From: an uncultured Gammaproteobacteria bacterium
GTDB taxonomy: Bacteria > Pseudomonadota > Gammaproteobacteria > UBA9214
Direction: 5' to 3'
Assembly (NCBI GenBank): GCA_942491995.1
Contig: CALOCX010000002.1
Coordinates: 35,758-99,757, forward strand
Length of the DNA stretch: 64,000 bases
Shown: in pieces, positions 58,876-64,000 of the stretch
Position numbering within the stretch: the stretch's first letter is position 1
How the letters are laid out: every line of letters begins with the position of its first letter
Translations under genes and position numbers: made by a program
Notes under the pieces: model-generated
The model's database searches: none
What the model saw: the letters and a program-made list of their open reading frames with translations, nothing else
Told to the model about the DNA's origin: nothing

Positions 58876-61329
58876 TTGCAACTGCAATCAAAAATTCTGC
58901 TACTGCTGATACCACTGATTATCATACCCATCCTGGTATTGGGCTGGATGGCCTATAACCTGCTGATGGAGGATGCCCGCGACCGCACCCGCTACCAGGT
59001 GACGACCCTGCTGGAGCAGATTGAGTCACAAACGGAGACACAGTTACGCACCGCCCGCGCCAATGCCAGCCTGTTTGCAAGCACCACACTGATTGAACAA
59101 TACATCCGGGCACAATCGTCATCCAGAGATACCCACAAACTGGAACAACAGGTGATGAACCTGCTGTTCAATTACCAGCTGGCCTATCCCGAATATTACG
59201 AAATTCGCATCCTCAGCCGTGACGGCAAGGAGCAGATAAGGTCGGTACTGGGTAAAGGTGACAACCGGGCAACGGACGAATCATCAAGCGGCTATTTCAT
59301 AGAGGCGGGCAACAATCCTGACATCACCTATACCACTTTTTTTCGCAACCCGGACAACGGCCAGCCGGCACTGCTGACCAGCAAGCCATTATATCTGTTA
59401 AACAAAAGAGGCGCTCACACATACAAAGAACTCTATGGTTACTTGATGTTAACGATCGACCTCGGCTTTCTGGAGGCGCAGGCCGAAAACAAAAATGTAG
59501 CCGAGAATGGCGAGGTCTTTTTCACCGATGAGAGTGGCACCATCCTGTTTCATCCCTCGGCCGAACTGATTGGAAAACAGTTACCTGCCGACCTGTTCAG
59601 CAAGGCAAGACGGCATGCCAATGGCGCTAACAGCATAGAGGCACAGTACAGGGGCAAAGACGCCCACTTCCAGTCCATAAAACTGCATGACCGGGTGTAT
59701 GCCTTTGTTGCCCATCATGAGGATGAATTGCTGGTAAAAAGTATCAGCCTGGGACACACGGTTACCGTCATAACATTCCTTGCCATCCTGCTCGCCACAG
59801 CCTTCCTGTTCGGCATCCTCAGGAAGCTGCTGATCAAACCCATTCAAAAACTCAGCCAGGCCGCCAGGGAAATCGGACGTGGACATGTGCTGATACCGAT
59901 TGATATTGATTCCAGTGATGAAATCGGCGACCTGGCGACAACGTTCCGGGAAATGGGGGAGAACCTGCATCATCACCATGAACAGGTGCGTTACGTGGCC
60001 TATCATGACAGCCTGACAGGACTTCCCAACCGGTTGATGTTCATGGACTACCTGAACAGGGCAACAACAGAAGCGCGGCGTGACCTGCAGGGACTGGCCG
60101 TACTGTTCCTGGATATCGACAACTTCAAACGCATCAACGACACCCTTGGCCATCATTCCGGTGACAAGTTGCTGGAAGTATTTGCCGACAGGCTTTCGCG
60201 ACATCTGCGCGGCACAGATATCATCTCCCACACCAGCGAGGGAAACGCCTCCAGGGTGCTCGCGCGACTGGCAGGCGACGAGTTCATTATTTTACTGCCG
60301 CGAGCCAGGGGAGGTGTCGAGGCACAAAAGGTCGCCAGCCGTATACTCAAGTCGCTCGCGGAGCCCTTTATCATCCACTCGCAGGAACTGCATGTCAGCA
60401 CCAGTATCGGCATCGCCATCTACCCGGACGATGGCATCACGGCAGGTGAGCTTTTGAAGCACGCGGATATAGCGATGTATCACGCAAAAAAACTGGGGCG
60501 CAACAACTTTCAGTTCTATTCCAAAAAACTGAATGAAGAATCGGCTAAAAAGCTCAAGATAGAGAACAGGCTGCGTCATGCACTGGAAAACAATGCACTG
60601 GAATTATATTACCAGCCGCAGGTGAATCTCGTGACCGGGAAACTTTCGGGTGTCGAGGCATTGTTACGCTGGGAAGACGCTGAACTGGGCAAGGTATCGC
60701 CGGCAGTGTTTGTACCCATTGCCGAGGAATATGGCCTGATTGTGGATATCAGCGAGTGGGTCATTAACGAGGCCTGTCGCCAGACACAACGATGGATAAC
60801 GGCGTTTAATGTGCCCATCACCATGTCCATCAACATATCTGCCGTACATTTTAATGGCAACAATCTGGAATCCATGATTGCAAGTGCCCTGAAGATCAGC
60901 GGACTGAACCCCGGGTATCTGGAACTGGAACTGACAGAAACCAGCATCCTCCAGGACCTGAGCCAGGCAACCGAAACCCTCCACAATTTCAAGCGTATGG
61001 GGCTGCAGCTGGCACTGGACGATTTCGGCACCGGCTATTCATCGCTCAGTTACCTGATGAAACTTCCCTTTGACAAGCTGAAAATTGACCAGAGTTTTAT
61101 TTCTAACCTGAAGAAAGAAACCAAGGGCACGGCCATCGTTGCAGCCATCATCAGTATGTCCCATAGCCTCGGCATGAAGGTGATTGCCGAAGGTGTGGAA
61201 CTGGAAGAACACATGCAGATGCTGCTGCAGATGCGCTGTGACCAGGTCCAGGGGTTTTACATCTCGCACCCAATGCCCGCCGCAAAATTCGAGGATTTCA
61301 TCCGGCACAGAGCGAAACAAAGCGCGTAA
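58876..61329 (+). CDS. membrane sensor with GGDEF (variant AGDEF) and EAL domains
   Basis: Two TM helices flank a periplasmic sensor region. HAMP-like linker. GGDEF domain with RLAGDEFIILL. EAL domain motifs EALLRW, ELTET, DDFGTGYSSL, KIDQSF. Probable TTG start. Confidence 0.8.
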   Translation: MQLQSKILLLLIPLIIIPILVLGWMAYNLLMEDARDRTRYQVTTLLEQIESQTETQLRTARANASLFASTTLIEQYIRAQSSSRDTHKLEQQVMNLLFNYQLAYPEYYEIRILSRDGKEQIRSVLGKGDNRATDESSSGYFIEAGNNPDITYTTFFRNPDNGQPALLTSKPLYLLNKRGAHTYKELYGYLMLTIDLGFLEAQAENKNVAENGEVFFTDESGTILFHPSAELIGKQLPADLFSKARRHANGANSIEAQYRGKDAHFQSIKLHDRVYAFVAHHEDELLVKSISLGHTVTVITFLAILLATAFLFGILRKLLIKPIQKLSQAAREIGRGHVLIPIDIDSSDEIGDLATTFREMGENLHHHHEQVRYVAYHDSLTGLPNRLMFMDYLNRATTEARRDLQGLAVLFLDIDNFKRINDTLGHHSGDKLLEVFADRLSRHLRGTDIISHTSEGNASRVLARLAGDEFIILLPRARGGVEAQKVASRILKSLAEPFIIHSQELHVSTSIGIAIYPDDGITAGELLKHADIAMYHAKKLGRNNFQFYSKKLNEESAKKLKIENRLRHALENNALELYYQPQVNLVTGKLSGVEALLRWEDAELGKVSPAVFVPIAEEYGLIVDISEWVINEACRQTQRWITAFNVPITMSINISAVHFNGNNLESMIASALKISGLNPGYLELELTETSILQDLSQATETLHNFKRMGLQLALDDFGTGYSSLSYLMKLPFDKLKIDQSFISNLKKETKGTAIVAAIISMSHSLGMKVIAEGVELEEHMQMLLQMRCDQVQGFYISHPMPAAKFEDFIRHRAKQSA

Positions 61330-61636
61330 TCAGCACTCCAGCAACACGCAACACCCGCCTTCATGTTCCCGCTGACACGGGCGCGATAAACCCGAAGCCT
61401 GTCTCATCCCGCGGGGACATTATCTTTCCCCTGGCGCACACCGTAATATCTTTCCGGGCCGGGGATTTCCATCAGTCGAAAACTGCCGGGTAACTGCGAC
61501 ACATCCGCTGTATCATAACGGGGTTGGAAACCAGCATGAATAATTACCATTAATTACCAACCCTAAAGTCGATCCTCACGAGATATCGCTGCGCAAACAT
61601 GCATCCAGGCAGAAAACAGGTTGCGGACGGACACCC

Positions 61637-62311
61637 ATGAAAACTTTTCTTGGCCTGCTGATCGTAGCCCTGATCGCGGTCGGCTTGCTGTTTTTCAACA
61701 GCAACGAACAAGCCGGTAACGAGCAACGCAACAATCAGCCGGTGACCGGCCTGCCCTGGCAGATCGAGAGACTAGCGGACGGGGATACGCGGGTGTTCGG
61801 CATCACGCTCGGGCAGACCACGCTCGGCGAGGCCATCGGCTTGCTGGGCGACGACATGAAGCTCGCGCTCATCGCGGCACCGCAAGAGAGTGGCACGGTA
61901 GAGGCCTATTACAGCCACCATTCCGCCGGCCCGATCACGGGCAAGATGATCCTGGTACTGGATATCCCTGCCGCTGTGCGCTCACCCCTGCGGCAACGGG
62001 CGTTTCAGGAAGGCGGCACGCGCAGGTATCGCCTGCATCCCGATGACCTCGCGATCGCCTACCAGGCACCTGTCAGGGTTATCAACTTCATGCCAAGCTT
62101 CAACCTGGACGAGGAAATCGTGCAGGCCCGTTTCGGCACACCCGCCGAGGTCATTCAGGTCGGGGAACAGCAGCAACACTGGCTCTACCCGGACAAGGGG
62201 CTGGACCTCATCCTCAACGCGGACGGCAAGGAGGTGTTGCAATACCTGCGTCCCGATGAATTCAGTGCGCACCGCGGGCAGATACAGCAGACACCCTCAA
62301 GCAGTGAATAA
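61637..62311 (+). CDS. hypothetical exported protein
   Basis: 224 aa with an N-terminal signal/anchor (MKTFLGLLIVALIAVGLLFF). No recognisable motifs. Confidence 0.5.
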   Translation: MKTFLGLLIVALIAVGLLFFNSNEQAGNEQRNNQPVTGLPWQIERLADGDTRVFGITLGQTTLGEAIGLLGDDMKLALIAAPQESGTVEAYYSHHSAGPITGKMILVLDIPAAVRSPLRQRAFQEGGTRRYRLHPDDLAIAYQAPVRVINFMPSFNLDEEIVQARFGTPAEVIQVGEQQQHWLYPDKGLDLILNADGKEVLQYLRPDEFSAHRGQIQQTPSSSE

Positions 62312-62359
62312 GCCGGCAGTGTAAAACGAGCACCCTGCCGCGTTGATGCCGTACAGGCC

Positions 62360-63196
62360 TTATCCCCGCAGGGCCCTGGCGTGATAGGCCAGGTGCTCGC
62401 CAATGAAGGTGGCAATGAAATGGTAGCTGTGGTCATAACCTTCCTGCATGCGCAAGGTAAGTGAACCGCCCTGCTCTGCATAGGCCGCCTGCAGGTCCTG
62501 TGGATACAGATGCACGGCCAGGAACTCGTCAGCAGTGCCCTGGTCGATTAATGCCGGCATGGGGCTGTGCCCGGCCCTGACCAGTTCGGTGGCATCCCAG
62601 GCCTTCCACTGTTCCTCGTCTTCCCCCAGGTAAGCTTCAAAACACCCCTCACCCCAGGGCGATTTAACAGGGTGACAGATCGGTGAGAAAGCGGAAACGG
62701 AACGGTAGGCATCGGCCTCCTTCAATGCGCAGATCAAGGCACCGTGCCCACCCATGGAATGACCACTGATGGACTTGACGCCGGGCAGCACCGGCAAATG
62801 TGCCTCGATCAATGCCGGCAACTCCGCAGTGACGTAGTCATACATGCGGTAATGCGTTGACCAGGGTGCCTGCGTGGCATTGATATAAAAGCCGGCCCCC
62901 TTGCCCAGATCGTATTCATCCGGTTCGTCTGCCACGTCAGCACCACGGGGGCTGGTGTCCGGCATCACCAGGGCCAGCCCGAGTTCTGCGGCATAACGCT
63001 GTGCACCGGCCTTGGTGCGGAAATTGTCATCGGTGCAGGTCAGACCCGACAGCCAGTAGACAGCAGGGACTTTTTCCGTCTCGGCCTGTGGTGGCAGATA
63101 AGCGGAAAACGTCATACTGCACTGACAGCTGCTGGACGGATGCCGGTAGCGGTTCAGCCAGCCACCGAATTCCTTGATGCTTTCGATTTGCTTCAT
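62360..63196 (-). CDS. frmB: S-formylglutathione hydrolase (esterase D)
   Basis: 278 aa. The GHSMGGHGA nucleophile elbow, and an N-terminus matching FghA/FrmB. Confidence 0.9.
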   Translation of the reverse strand: MKQIESIKEFGGWLNRYRHPSSSCQCSMTFSAYLPPQAETEKVPAVYWLSGLTCTDDNFRTKAGAQRYAAELGLALVMPDTSPRGADVADEPDEYDLGKGAGFYINATQAPWSTHYRMYDYVTAELPALIEAHLPVLPGVKSISGHSMGGHGALICALKEADAYRSVSAFSPICHPVKSPWGEGCFEAYLGEDEEQWKAWDATELVRAGHSPMPALIDQGTADEFLAVHLYPQDLQAAYAEQGGSLTLRMQEGYDHSYHFIATFIGEHLAYHARALRG

Positions 63197-63207
63197 GACT
63201 AAAAGCC

Positions 63208-64000
<793 letters not shown>

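Overview
This 64 kb window is a chromosomal segment of a gammaproteobacterium with about 58% GC. Its gene order resembles Pseudomonas: ubiH-pepP-ygfB / zapA-6S RNA-ygfA, rpe-gph-trpEGDC, vfr/crp, and a split nrdJa-nrdJb. Almost everything is housekeeping: ubiquinone, branched-chain amino-acid and tryptophan biosynthesis, ribosomal proteins S9 and L13 followed by a tRNA-Gln, a class II ribonucleotide reductase with NrdR boxes, a complete cbb3 oxidase cluster (ccoNOQP, ccoG, ccoH) with ccoI and ccoS split off and inverted nearby, type II secretion gspA/gspB, two tandem porins, OmpW, and formaldehyde detoxification frmA/frmB at the right edge. Several genes point to sulfur metabolism: a rhodanese, a DsrC/TusE-type protein, a TPR-sulfotransferase and an FGE-sulfatase domain.

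The items worth a second look are listed in the findings. The strongest is a 1442-aa membrane protein that combines two cNMP-binding domains, a rhodanese, about 600 aa of coiled coil, a TM helix and a C-terminal FGE-sulfatase domain. Others are:
- a fusion of an RlmI-like SAM methyltransferase with a NorD/CbbO-type VWA protein that has no nearby AAA+ partner;
- a roughly 450-bp MITE-like element with about 75-bp nested-hairpin terminal inverted repeats, inserted between ccoH and ccoG;
- a 28-bp perfect inverted repeat between rpiA and a WD40 lipoprotein gene;
- a TPR-sulfotransferase gene broken by a single-base frameshift, with near-identical TPR units at the nucleotide level;
- two lysine-rich histone-like proteins, one built of 81-bp tandem repeats;
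- a heptanucleotide microsatellite upstream of a GT39 glycosyltransferase;
- an FNR/Anr box between ompW and ccoI;
- two paralogous small acidic proteins of unknown function.

No CRISPR array, integrase, transposase or phage genes were seen.
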